Positions 20,061 to 29,463 of a DNA stretch of 64,000 nucleotides are shown here, one piece after another; positions within the stretch are counted from its first letter, which is position 1; every line of letters starts with the position of its first letter. Source of the stretch: Candidatus Omnitrophota bacterium (lineage in GTDB: Bacteria; Omnitrophota; Gorgyraeia; Gygaellales; Profunditerraquicolaceae); NCBI GenBank assembly GCA_049517335.1, contig JBEKSD010000001.1:32001-96000 (forward strand), read 5' to 3'. The position numbers were made by a program, and so were the translations under genes. The notes beneath the pieces were generated by a model. That model searched no databases, had not been told where the DNA came from, and worked only from the letters and a program-made list of their open reading frames with translations.

Positions 20061-20346
20061 AAAAAGGTCAGACTTAATTTTGATATAAAAATTATACCAT
20101 ACGGAGATTAATTTTGTGCCCAAAATGTACCCATCCAAGTCCTCGCGTCATTAGAGAGTCTAGAAAATATTGATCTACGGTCAATAGCTTTTTTACCTGT
20201 ATACAGAGAGTCTTTCTGCCGCGCCATATTTCTGGGCGTCCTCACGGGAGTCACCTCTCAAATTTACCAATAGCTGTGTGCGGAGAGTCACGTCAGTATT
20301 TGAGAAAAATCCGTTCCAGGAATAACTGAATATTCTCGAGAAACCA

Positions 20347-20375
20347 TTGACAAAATATCACTTTCCAGTTAAAGT
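20347..20375 (+). promoter_or_regulatory. Sigma70-like promoter of autotransporter gene
   Basis: TTGACA-17 nt-TAAAGT, 43 nt upstream of ATG. Confidence 0.6.
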
Positions 20376-20418
20376 AAAGACAATTTATATTTTTTGTGCT
20401 CTCGTAATCTATTTCTAA

Positions 20419-23385
20419 ATGAGAGAAACTAATACCATAAAGACTAAATATCTGGCCGCGTGTATCATCGCGGTTTTTTTTATTCTTCCTTTTACGGCTT
20501 CAGCTGCGTTGCCTCCAGACTACACCCATGCCATTTCGCAGGCCCAAGCGCATATAAACAATCCTTCCGGATGGATCCCCACCGATGGCTCTATCATTAC
20601 CATAACCGGTAATTCCGCTACCGAGAATCCTTCTTTCGGCCTAACCTATAATAATAGTTTTAGCGATGGTAATAATTACCTGATAGTCAGGACCTTGACT
20701 AATGTAGGTTATTATGCGAATACTAGCAGCGGAGCCCTGCAATACGGCGTAGGAGCCTATACTACTTACGATGACAATCCAACTAAGTATCAGCAGGCTT
20801 CTTGGGTAACAACCGGTAATGATGCGACTAAATTTATCGATACCAACGTTACTTCTCCCAGTAGTCTAGTTACGACTATGGAGAGCGGGCTTGGCATGAA
20901 TAATGCTGGCTCACATACTGCAATTGTGGAGTATGCGGTTTTACCCAACAACAATAACCTTATGCGGCCTACGTTAAACCCGGATATATCGACTTATCCC
21001 ACAGATGCTTCTAGTTACGGCTATTCCAATCCTTTTACTCCGAATAAACCAAGCGGCATGTCCGATGCTGTTTACACCTATCTACAAAAGTATCTTGATT
21101 ATTGGCAGACAACTGCCTTGGGCGGGGCGGGTACTTTCCCTTGGACTCAGCTGGGGTACACCTATTTCTGGGGTAACGGAGACGCGCTTAACCAGATAAA
21201 AGGGATGAGTGAGTTTATTATTTTAGGTGGCACGCAAGTGAAAATTATCGGTATTTATTCACCGGAATCTTATATGTATACTAAAAACAAGAACGGCGTC
21301 TTTAGCACTGATTCGGACGCCGAATACGGTAATGGTTTTGCTAGTTTTAATGTTACCGGAAACTGCGATACTATCTGGGCGGGAAATGCTTTTCAGGTGA
21401 ATGCCAGCAGTGATCCTAGTAATCCGAATCAGATAATTATAGCCAAAAGCTCTACCATTTCCGGCGGTCAGGGAATTCTGGTTTGGTCGCCCAACTATAC
21501 CGTTACCAATTACGGCACGATCAGCGGGGCAACTCTCAAAAAGTTAAGGGACGATAATAGCCATCCATCTAACCCGGGGATGCTCGGTACGGATAATGTT
21601 GCGCTACTTTTTTTAGGAGACACTACTTACGGTAATATTGCGGGAGGTAAGAATATACTCATCAATTCGGGGAGGATCTCTAGCGATCCCAGCAACTCTA
21701 GTACAGCCGTAGAGGCAGATGCTGGTAATACTGAGATAACCAATAGCGGAACAATTTCCGGATATACCTACGGCATTCATTTCTTAAGCGGCAGCAATAA
21801 AATCACCAATACCGGAACTATCGCTGCTACGGGCGGGGTAGGTGCCTTAGCAGCAATTCAAATTGACTCCGGAACTACTGCTGTCAATAGCACCGGTGGA
21901 GTTATCAGCGGAGATGTAATTCTGGCTAATAATTCTACAGCTGCTTTGGATGTAGGCAATACTAATTTGCCAGTTACCGGAACATATGTTCAGAATCCAA
22001 ACTCTACTTTAAAACTAACTGCCAATTCCCCTACTGATTTTGGTAAGGTCACCGCTACCAGTAACCTTACCTCAGTGGATTTGCATAGCAATGTTATTGT
22101 TACAGTCGGCGGATACATCCCAAATAATACTACTTTAAGCAATGTGGTAAGCGGCACCGGAAGTAATAGTATCAATGTTCCCGCAACGATCAGCAGCAGC
22201 AGTCCTATATTTACTTTTTCCAGCGCAAATGGAACAGGGGATCATCTTAGTTTGACTGCGACTAGAGCTAATTCCTATAGCAGTTTTGCTACTAACGCCA
22301 ATTCAAGCGCTGTGGGAGGAGTCTTAAATACCATAGCAAATAGCGCTACAGCAAGCGGGGATATCACAAATATTTTAGGTGCGCTTGATTCTTTGGGCTC
22401 AGGCAATCAAATTGATCAGGCCTTAAGCTCGCTTACTCCCAATGTTAACAATAGCTGCCCGCAGGTGAATTATGAAACGCAAACCAGGTTTATTAATACT
22501 ACTGTTGAGCACATCAATACTGTTTTTCAAGCTACTCCGGCTTCTTCAGGGGGCTTAGATCCGGCAGTATGGGCGCAGCCATTCGGTACTTACTTGCATC
22601 AGGACCCCAGAGGGACAAGTAATGGTTATAACGCCAGTGTCTGGGGTATTTTAGGCGGTTATGATAAGCAAGTGCGCAATGACCTTGCCTTTGGCGTCAG
22701 CATAGGATATGCCCGCGATGAAATCCGGACTAAGGATTTTAGCGGCCAGACAGGGGTTGATAGTTACCAGCTTGGACTTTACGGAAGCTTTACCCGGTCA
22801 GCTTATTATATAGACGGGATTTTTTCCTTTGCCTATAACCGTTATGATTCATCGCGCGAAATTAATTTCGGTGGGCTTAACCTTACTCCGGCAAGTAACT
22901 ATGACGGTCAGCAGTATTCTTTGTATTTTGAAGGTGGATATAACTTTAATTTTAATAAACTCGAGATTACTCCGCTTGCCTCAATTCAGTATATGCGCCT
23001 TAATATCGACGGCTACACCGAAAAAAATGCTGATGCTGCAGATCTTACGGTAGATGGCCAGGGTTATAATCTACTCCAGTCAGGGCTGGGAGCAAGAATT
23101 GCCTATACGTTAGAAAAAAAGAATTTCACCGTTATCCCGGACTTTCACTTTAAATGGCTCTATAATTTTATCAATGATAACCAGCAGGCTACATCTACTT
23201 TCGCCGGAGGAGGCGCTTCCTTTCCTACAAGCGGATTTAACCAGCCAAGATCAAGTTATAACCTTGGAACTAAATGGACTATACTTACAAAAAATAATAT
23301 TTCGTTTTCTCTCAACTACGATTATGAGCTGAAGCCGGGTTTCTACAGCCATTCAGGTTATATAAATGTGCGTCATGAATTCTGA
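20419..23385 (+). CDS. Autotransporter (type Va) outer-membrane protein
   Basis: Signal peptide (..ASA), ITNSGTISG-type beta-helix repeats, C-terminal ~280-aa barrel ending in F. Confidence 0.9.
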   Translation: MRETNTIKTKYLAACIIAVFFILPFTASAALPPDYTHAISQAQAHINNPSGWIPTDGSIITITGNSATENPSFGLTYNNSFSDGNNYLIVRTLTNVGYYANTSSGALQYGVGAYTTYDDNPTKYQQASWVTTGNDATKFIDTNVTSPSSLVTTMESGLGMNNAGSHTAIVEYAVLPNNNNLMRPTLNPDISTYPTDASSYGYSNPFTPNKPSGMSDAVYTYLQKYLDYWQTTALGGAGTFPWTQLGYTYFWGNGDALNQIKGMSEFIILGGTQVKIIGIYSPESYMYTKNKNGVFSTDSDAEYGNGFASFNVTGNCDTIWAGNAFQVNASSDPSNPNQIIIAKSSTISGGQGILVWSPNYTVTNYGTISGATLKKLRDDNSHPSNPGMLGTDNVALLFLGDTTYGNIAGGKNILINSGRISSDPSNSSTAVEADAGNTEITNSGTISGYTYGIHFLSGSNKITNTGTIAATGGVGALAAIQIDSGTTAVNSTGGVISGDVILANNSTAALDVGNTNLPVTGTYVQNPNSTLKLTANSPTDFGKVTATSNLTSVDLHSNVIVTVGGYIPNNTTLSNVVSGTGSNSINVPATISSSSPIFTFSSANGTGDHLSLTATRANSYSSFATNANSSAVGGVLNTIANSATASGDITNILGALDSLGSGNQIDQALSSLTPNVNNSCPQVNYETQTRFINTTVEHINTVFQATPASSGGLDPAVWAQPFGTYLHQDPRGTSNGYNASVWGILGGYDKQVRNDLAFGVSIGYARDEIRTKDFSGQTGVDSYQLGLYGSFTRSAYYIDGIFSFAYNRYDSSREINFGGLNLTPASNYDGQQYSLYFEGGYNFNFNKLEITPLASIQYMRLNIDGYTEKNADAADLTVDGQGYNLLQSGLGARIAYTLEKKNFTVIPDFHFKWLYNFINDNQQATSTFAGGGASFPTSGFNQPRSSYNLGTKWTILTKNNISFSLNYDYELKPGFYSHSGYINVRHEF

Positions 23386-23488
23386 TGAATACAGGAAACA
23401 TAGGAATATATGCATTGAGAAGGATTAAGCCAGCTTGCGCTATGGTCTCATACATACGCTATAATAACAGACTAAAAGAGGGTGCATA

Positions 23489-24532
23489 ATGAAAAAGATA
23501 CCGAAAGAATACGAAATTGGCGATAAAACCATAGATGGCTTAATAGATGAACTTACCAAGAGTTCCGGTTCTATTGAAACCGAACACGTGCTGCGTGAAA
23601 TACTTACGACTGCTGTTAAGTTAGGAAAGGAATCAAAAGATAAGGGAGATCTAAAGCTTGTAAATAATGCGCTGAAAGAATTACGATATTCTTTCAAGAT
23701 ATTTTCTCCTTATAGAAACGTCAAAAAGGTAATAATCTTTGGGTCGGCGAGATCGAAAAAGACATCAGCCGGATATAAGATGGCTGAGGAATTTGCGCGA
23801 AAGCTAACAGCGAAAGGCTACATGATTGTAACCGGAGGCGGCCCCGGAGTTATGGAGGCCGGAAATAAAGGCGCCGAAGCTGGCAAAGAATTTGCATTAA
23901 ATATAAGGCTTCCTTTTGAACAAAAGCCCAATCCATACATTGACGAAAAAGATAAAATAATAAACTTTAAATATTTTTTTACCAGGAAGCTAATTTTTGT
24001 AAAAGAGACTGACGCAACCGCTCTTTTCCCGGGGGGATTTGGCACGCATGACGAGGGGTTTGAAATGCTTACTCTGATGCAAACCGGTAAATCTAAGCCC
24101 CGGCCGATAATTTTGATGGAGCCTGAAGGCTCGGCATATTGGAATGCGTGGAAACGTTATGTAATTGACCACCTGCTTAAAAATAGCTTTATCAAAAAGG
24201 AAGACCTTAAGCTTTTTTGTATCGCACGAACTGTTGATGAGGCAATAAAATATATAGAAGATTTTTACAGGGTATATCACTCGATTAGATACGATTCGGG
24301 TCTGACTGTAATAAGGCTGAATAAAGAAATCTCAGGGAAGACGTTAAAGCTTATTAATCAAAAATTTAAAGACATTTTGACAAGCGGCGAGATTAGGCTT
24401 TCGCCTCCGACGAATAAAGAGATCCAGGATGGGGAATATCTTAGCTTGCCTAGGATTCTGATGGAGTTTAATCTACGTGACTATGGCAGGCTTTGCGAGA
24501 TGATTCATGTTATCAATAGAGACCAATTGTAA
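23489..24532 (+). CDS. Long-type LOG family protein (second paralog)
   Basis: FGSAR, TGGGPGVMEA, YFFTRKL, PGGFGTHDE. Confidence 0.9.
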   Translation: MKKIPKEYEIGDKTIDGLIDELTKSSGSIETEHVLREILTTAVKLGKESKDKGDLKLVNNALKELRYSFKIFSPYRNVKKVIIFGSARSKKTSAGYKMAEEFARKLTAKGYMIVTGGGPGVMEAGNKGAEAGKEFALNIRLPFEQKPNPYIDEKDKIINFKYFFTRKLIFVKETDATALFPGGFGTHDEGFEMLTLMQTGKSKPRPIILMEPEGSAYWNAWKRYVIDHLLKNSFIKKEDLKLFCIARTVDEAIKYIEDFYRVYHSIRYDSGLTVIRLNKEISGKTLKLINQKFKDILTSGEIRLSPPTNKEIQDGEYLSLPRILMEFNLRDYGRLCEMIHVINRDQL

Positions 24533-24536
24533 ACGA

Positions 24537-24615
24537 TGTCGCTCTTTTTGGCATAATATTTGTAACTATTTGAGCTACAGATAGTTACAAGAAATAGATT
24601 ATTTAAAAAGCGACA
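24537..24615. repeat. Long imperfect inverted repeat (att-like or terminator)
   Basis: TGTCGCT/AGCGACA outer arms; TTGTAACTAT/ATAGTTACAA perfect inner arms. Confidence 0.7.
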
Positions 24616-24756
24616 AAAACGACAGTTTTATCAAGGAATCACTTATTGCGACGGTAGGCATTGATTACAGGTTTCTGACTAACTTTTAAACTCTTTGTTA
24701 TTGCCCCAAATGACATCCCCAGCTGAAATAATTCCCCTACTTTTTTTGCCAATCTT

Positions 24757-24765
24757 TGCTATAAT
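24757..24765 (+). promoter_or_regulatory. Extended -10 promoter element
   Basis: TGCTATAAT about 100 nt upstream of the aspartic protease gene. Confidence 0.45.
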
Positions 24766-24863
24766 GGGATTCGTTGCAGTGGTGCGCTTCCCGAGGAAGA
24801 TTTGAATAAGTCACTTGAATCTATCAAGCATTTGCCGAAGAGGCATAAAAAGAAGAGCGGAAA

Positions 24864-25541
24864 ATGGTAGGAAGGCTCATTTTAATATTTTTGTTGATTC
24901 TGGTGACAAATGTTTACGCGGACACCCTCTATTTAAAAAACGGCCGCCAGATTGAAGGGATAATTAAGAGCGAAGACAACGCTGTAGTGGAACTGGAAGT
25001 TTACGGTGGTTCGATTAAAATCCATAACCTTGAAATAGAGAAGATTGAGAGAAGCACAGAATTTGATGATGCATTGATACGCAAGCAATGGAACAACCAA
25101 AAGACCGCTCTAGAGGAGAGATTAAAACAGGTTAAGGCTGAAGAAGAGCGCCAGCCTAAAGAAGTGGAGTTCTCGGACGAAAGCCAAAGTATCATGGTGA
25201 AAGCATTACTGAATGGAGAGCTTCCTGTCAACCTTGTTTTAGATACCGGGGCATCGGCAATAATGCTAAAGAGAGCTTTGGCTGAGAAGCTGGGTATAAA
25301 ATTGGATAAGCCCGATACCAAGGTTACTCTTGCCGACGGAAAGACGGTTAGTGCCAAGCATATTATTTTGGAGAGCGTAAAAGTGCAGGATAGCGAAGTT
25401 TCCAAAGTTGATGCCGTCATGCTTCTGGAGGAAGAGAGCGCCTTAGGACCTGTCGACGGTCTACTCGGGATGTCCTTCCTGAAACATTTTTCTTTTAAAA
25501 TAGACCGCAAGGACAAAAAACTAATACTGGAGAAACTTTAA
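24864..25541 (+). CDS. Secreted retropepsin-like (clan AA) aspartic protease
   Basis: Signal peptide, LDTGAS catalytic motif, GLLGMSFL. Confidence 0.9.
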   Translation: MVGRLILIFLLILVTNVYADTLYLKNGRQIEGIIKSEDNAVVELEVYGGSIKIHNLEIEKIERSTEFDDALIRKQWNNQKTALEERLKQVKAEEERQPKEVEFSDESQSIMVKALLNGELPVNLVLDTGASAIMLKRALAEKLGIKLDKPDTKVTLADGKTVSAKHIILESVKVQDSEVSKVDAVMLLEEESALGPVDGLLGMSFLKHFSFKIDRKDKKLILEKL

Positions 25542-25958
25542 ATGAAAACTTATACCCAATACCTTGTCTTTAATACCAAGGAAAAGCGGGAAATCATCAA
25601 TATAACTCAGGAAGTAGAAGAGGGCTTAAGAAAGAGCGGGATAAAAGAAGGCTTATGCTTGGTAAACGCCATGCATATAACCGCAAGCGTTTTTATTAAT
25701 GACGACGAAAGCGGGCTGCATCAGGACTTCATTGTCTGGCTTGAAAAACTTGCACCCTATGGAATAGAAAAATATAAACATAATTTGACCGGGGAAGATA
25801 ACGCGGATGCGCATTTAAAGCGCACAATAATGGGCAGGGAAGTAGTGGTGGCCGTTTCGTCAGGGAAATTGGATTTCGGGCCGTGGGAGCAGATTTTTTA
25901 CGGGGAGTTTGACGGCCAGCGCAGGAAGAGAGTTTTGGTTAAGATAATCGGGGAGTAG
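25542..25958 (+). CDS. yjbQ: YjbQ/UPF0047 family protein
   Basis: [27 protein letters not shown]. Confidence 0.93.
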   Translation: MKTYTQYLVFNTKEKREIINITQEVEEGLRKSGIKEGLCLVNAMHITASVFINDDESGLHQDFIVWLEKLAPYGIEKYKHNLTGEDNADAHLKRTIMGREVVVAVSSGKLDFGPWEQIFYGEFDGQRRKRVLVKIIGE

Positions 25959-25975
25959 CTACTTTAAAAATAAAT

Positions 25976-26914
25976 ATGAAGATAAAAGATACGGAAATCA
26001 AGGTTATTCAGGGTGATATTACGCAGCTGGAAGTTGAGGCCATAGTCAATGCGGCAAATAATAAATTGCTTATGGGAGGAGGGGTTGCGGGTACAATAAA
26101 AAGAAAAGGCGGCAAAGTTATTGAGGATGAAGCGCTAAAAAAAGCCCCGATTGCCATAGGAGAAGCGGTTGCGACAAAAGCAGGATTACTTAAAGCAAAA
26201 TATGTAATACATGCGGCGACTATGGGCTTGGATTTTAAGACCGATGAAATCAAGATTAGGAATTCCTGCAGAAGTTCCCTAAAAGCGGCTGCAGAATTAG
26301 GGGTCAAATCCATTGCTTTCCCGGCCTTAGGCTGCGGCACGGGGGGTTTCTCGCTCTTAGCTTCGGCAAAGATTATGGCTCAAGAGGTATTGAAGTATTT
26401 ACGCGAAGAAAAGATAACCTTCAAAGAAATAATCTTTTGCCTTTACGATGAAGAAGCGCTCGCTATTTTCAAGAAAGGGGTTTTAGGGTATTTAGAGTAC
26501 GTAACCACCAAACTTTCCCAGGGGCCTTATCTGACTGTGGATGCGATTATTGAATTGCCTGAAGGTATCGTGGTTATCCAGAGAAGTAATCCGCCTTTTG
26601 GCTGGGCTTTACCGGGAGGTTTTGTGGATTATGGGGAAAGCCTGGAAGATGCGGTAAAAAGAGAAGCAAAAGAAGAGACGGATTTAGATTTGACTGAAAT
26701 TAAACAATTCCATACTTATTCTCATCCCCAGCGCGATCCGCGCTTTCATACTGTCGGCACGGTATTTATTGCCCAAGCTAAAGGCAAGCCTAAAGCCGGG
26801 GATGATGCCGCAGGTATAAGCGTGGTTAAGTTTGAAGATATCAGAAAACTTAGCTTTGCCTTTGATCATAAACAGATAATTGAAGATTATTTAAAAGAGA
26901 GAAATGTTTCTTAA
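25976..26914 (+). CDS. Macro domain-Nudix hydrolase fusion
   Basis: [26 protein letters not shown]; Nudix box [22 protein letters not shown]; RDPR. Confidence 0.92.
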   Translation: MKIKDTEIKVIQGDITQLEVEAIVNAANNKLLMGGGVAGTIKRKGGKVIEDEALKKAPIAIGEAVATKAGLLKAKYVIHAATMGLDFKTDEIKIRNSCRSSLKAAAELGVKSIAFPALGCGTGGFSLLASAKIMAQEVLKYLREEKITFKEIIFCLYDEEALAIFKKGVLGYLEYVTTKLSQGPYLTVDAIIELPEGIVVIQRSNPPFGWALPGGFVDYGESLEDAVKREAKEETDLDLTEIKQFHTYSHPQRDPRFHTVGTVFIAQAKGKPKAGDDAAGISVVKFEDIRKLSFAFDHKQIIEDYLKERNVS

Positions 26915-26928
26915 AAAAAAGGAAAGAT

Positions 26929-26949
26929 TGTCCCTTAAGGGGACATTTT
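26929..26949 (+). terminator. Hairpin between convergent genes, probable intrinsic terminator
   Basis: TGTCCC-TTAAG-GGGACA followed by TTTT. Confidence 0.55.
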
Positions 26950-26959
26950 AAACGAAGGT

Positions 26960-28843
26960 TTAAGAAGCTTCCCTCAGTTGTTTTTCCGCATCAATGATGC
27001 CGCGGTTTAAGACGCGGATGGTTTCGTGGATGCGCTCTTTTAATACGGAAGAAGAAAATTTCCCCGAGCTTATCTCGCGTAAAACCTGTACACTCATCCT
27101 GAAATAGCGCACTATTTCGCCTTCATCAGTATCGGTAAAACGCATAATTTTATCAAAGCTCGCGCCCCTGAGCCAGGCTTCTATGCAGGAGCTTAAGTGA
27201 AAATAGGGGGTTTTGCTTTGCGGATAGATTTTGAATCTTTGCTCCTTATGTTCAATCCTCGCGTAGATCTCTTCGCAGGCGGTTTTAATCCTTCGCGTAT
27301 TTTTGGATAACCCCAAAGGCAGGCGCTGATTTTTCCTAGGCTCAAATACCACTGCCGAGGCAATCACCCCTAAGCCGAATTCATCTATCTCTTCTAAGAT
27401 CTGCTGCTCATAAAGTTCAGCCAGGATCAATTCATAGCCGTAAACAGCTTTGGCGAATATGCCTTTATCGGTTAATTTACCTTCATAAATATAACCCGCA
27501 TCTTTTAACAGTTTCAATTTTGCCTCAATTAACCTTAAGGCTTCTTTTTGTTCTACGGGCCGGGACTGGAAAAAATGCAGGGAGAGAGGATAAATTTTAA
27601 AAAGCTCTTCTTTATGTTTTTCATAGATATTCAGTATGGTCGCGTATGAAGTATTGAACTGGCTCTTTACTTCTTCGGGCTTACCGTAAATAATACGTTT
27701 TGCTTCCTCAAAGGTTATCCGGTTCGGGTTTATGCGGCAGTAAACGAAACCTTCCTTATCCAAGCCGCGCCTTCCTGCGCGGCCGGCCATCTGGTAGAAA
27801 TCGCGCGTCTTCAAGTTACGCACGTAACGGCCGTAGAATTTTCTTAAGTCATCAAACATGACCGAGCGGCTGGGCATGTTGATGCCTAAGGCAAAAGTTT
27901 CCGTGGTAAAAATCACTTTAAGCAGACGGCTGGTAAATAAACGCTCAATCACCTCTTTTAAGGTAGGGAGCATGCCCGCGTGATGATAAGCTATCCCGTT
28001 TTGGATTAAGGGAAGCATAAATTGCGCTGTTTTATCCGTTTTTAAATCAAACCTTTGGCATAAAGAATCATAAAGTGCCGTGATCTCTTGCTTTTCGTTT
28101 TTATCTAGGAAGTTGAAACTATATAATTCCTCGGCGAGTTCTTCGGCGCGCCTTCTTCCGAAGACAAAATATATGGCCGGTAAGCCTTCGCGCTGGCGCA
28201 AATAATTTATTAAGGTATGTAGCTTATTAGGCTTGCCGTATTTTAGGCGCTTAAGCTGCTCAATCTTATCCACTATTTCATTCTGGGACTGAAAGAAGAA
28301 ATGCAGCGGCACGGGACGCTTCTCTTCAATTACGGTCTTGACCTGCTTATCATGAATACTCTCAATCCAGGAAGCGAATTGTTTTATGTTTGGTATGGTA
28401 GCGGAGAGTCCGAGTAGTTTCATCTGTTTAGGCAGGAAGATCAGCGATTCCTCCCAGACGCTGCCGCGCTCAGGATTATCTATATAATGTATTTCATCAA
28501 AAATTATCCAGCTGTATTTTTCTAATGATTCCGGCTCATCCAGTATCTTATTGCGGAATATCTCCGTGGTCATGATTAAGACGGGGGCCTGAGGGTTTAT
28601 GGAAACGTCCCCGGTCAATATACCTATTTTATCCCCGAACTGGTTCTGGAAGTCGCGGAATTTCTGGTTAGAGAGGGCTTTAATCGGAGCGGTATAGATT
28701 ACGCCGATATTACCCTCAAGGGAAGAAAGGATTACGTGTTCGGCAATCGCGGTTTTCCCTGCCCCGGTGGGAGCGGAAACGATTACCGAGTGCCCCTGAT
28801 TTATATAATCAATGGCTTCCTGTTGGAACTTATCGTATCGCAT
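26960..28843 (-). CDS. Ski2/HelY-like DExH RNA helicase
   Basis: APTGAGKT, PIKALSNQK, DEIH, SAT, QMAGRAGRRG, C-terminal DSHCT-like EGEIVR. Confidence 0.93.
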   Translation of the reverse strand: MRYDKFQQEAIDYINQGHSVIVSAPTGAGKTAIAEHVILSSLEGNIGVIYTAPIKALSNQKFRDFQNQFGDKIGILTGDVSINPQAPVLIMTTEIFRNKILDEPESLEKYSWIIFDEIHYIDNPERGSVWEESLIFLPKQMKLLGLSATIPNIKQFASWIESIHDKQVKTVIEEKRPVPLHFFFQSQNEIVDKIEQLKRLKYGKPNKLHTLINYLRQREGLPAIYFVFGRRRAEELAEELYSFNFLDKNEKQEITALYDSLCQRFDLKTDKTAQFMLPLIQNGIAYHHAGMLPTLKEVIERLFTSRLLKVIFTTETFALGINMPSRSVMFDDLRKFYGRYVRNLKTRDFYQMAGRAGRRGLDKEGFVYCRINPNRITFEEAKRIIYGKPEEVKSQFNTSYATILNIYEKHKEELFKIYPLSLHFFQSRPVEQKEALRLIEAKLKLLKDAGYIYEGKLTDKGIFAKAVYGYELILAELYEQQILEEIDEFGLGVIASAVVFEPRKNQRLPLGLSKNTRRIKTACEEIYARIEHKEQRFKIYPQSKTPYFHLSSCIEAWLRGASFDKIMRFTDTDEGEIVRYFRMSVQVLREISSGKFSSSVLKERIHETIRVLNRGIIDAEKQLREAS

Positions 28844-28849
28844 ACCCTT

Positions 28850-28894
28850 ATTATATCTAAAATAGTTGCTTTATCTAATAAAAAATAGTAAAAT
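28850..28894. promoter_or_regulatory. Overlapping divergent sigma70-like promoters
   Basis: Minus strand TTAGAT-17-TATAAT (6 nt from helicase ATG); plus strand TTGCTT-17-TAAAAT (7 nt from ATG 28902). Confidence 0.6.
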
Positions 28895-28901
28895 AAAAAA
28901 A

Positions 28902-29453
28902 ATGAGCTATGATGCGGCTAAGCATAAAGCCTGGGATGAGCTGTCCGAATTAAAGCCCGCCGGAAAAGAGGAAGTAAAATTATTAGGGGAAGGGTTTGCA
29001 GTTGATTTAAAGAATAAATCGGTGGTCTCGCTTTTAACTTCCTCCCCGGCCAAGGATTTCAGCGCAATCTTAATACTCCATTATCTGGCCCGAAGATTAA
29101 AGGGTCTGCCGCAATTAAATAATGAATGGCTTACCTTCAGGGAATTATCCGGTGTTGAGGGTTACGCTGAAGCTTTTAGGAGGCGGGCCATTGAGCCGAT
29201 AGTAAAAAAATACGGCTTGAATCCGCAAGGCATATGCGCTGATTTAAACAAGTTCCCTGCAAAAAAAATTGAAGGCGCAGATGTTGGGATTATCGTTGAG
29301 GCCTTCCCGAACGTGCCTGTTTTGATTAAAGTCTGGATGCTTGATGCAGAGTTTGAAGCGGATGCCAATATTTATTTTGACCGCAGCATTTTGAAGATTT
29401 TTTGCACCGAGGATATCGTAGTTTTAGCCGGAATTATTGCTTCGAAATTATAA
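28902..29453 (+). CDS. DUF3786 family protein
   Basis: ILILHYL, WLTFREL, PNVPV..W..D.EF...ANI.FD, TEDI pattern. Confidence 0.8.
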   Translation: MSYDAAKHKAWDELSELKPAGKEEVKLLGEGFAVDLKNKSVVSLLTSSPAKDFSAILILHYLARRLKGLPQLNNEWLTFRELSGVEGYAEAFRRRAIEPIVKKYGLNPQGICADLNKFPAKKIEGADVGIIVEAFPNVPVLIKVWMLDAEFEADANIYFDRSILKIFCTEDIVVLAGIIASKL

Positions 29454-29463
29454 GGAGAAAGAA

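Noticed and set aside
20154-20289. GAGAGTC repeats as a CRISPR array or glycine riboswitch
   Set aside because: Repeats are only 7 bp with irregular spacing, no cas genes are present, and other riboswitch consensus elements are missing.
23435-23465. TTGCGC..TATAAT promoter for the second LOG gene
   Set aside because: The 19-nt spacer is too long; only the -10 is credible, so it was not listed as a feature.
24560-24590. Inverted repeat as an integron attC or dif site
   Set aside because: Does not match RYYYAAC/GTTRRRY or the 11-6-11 dif layout; no integron integrase nearby.
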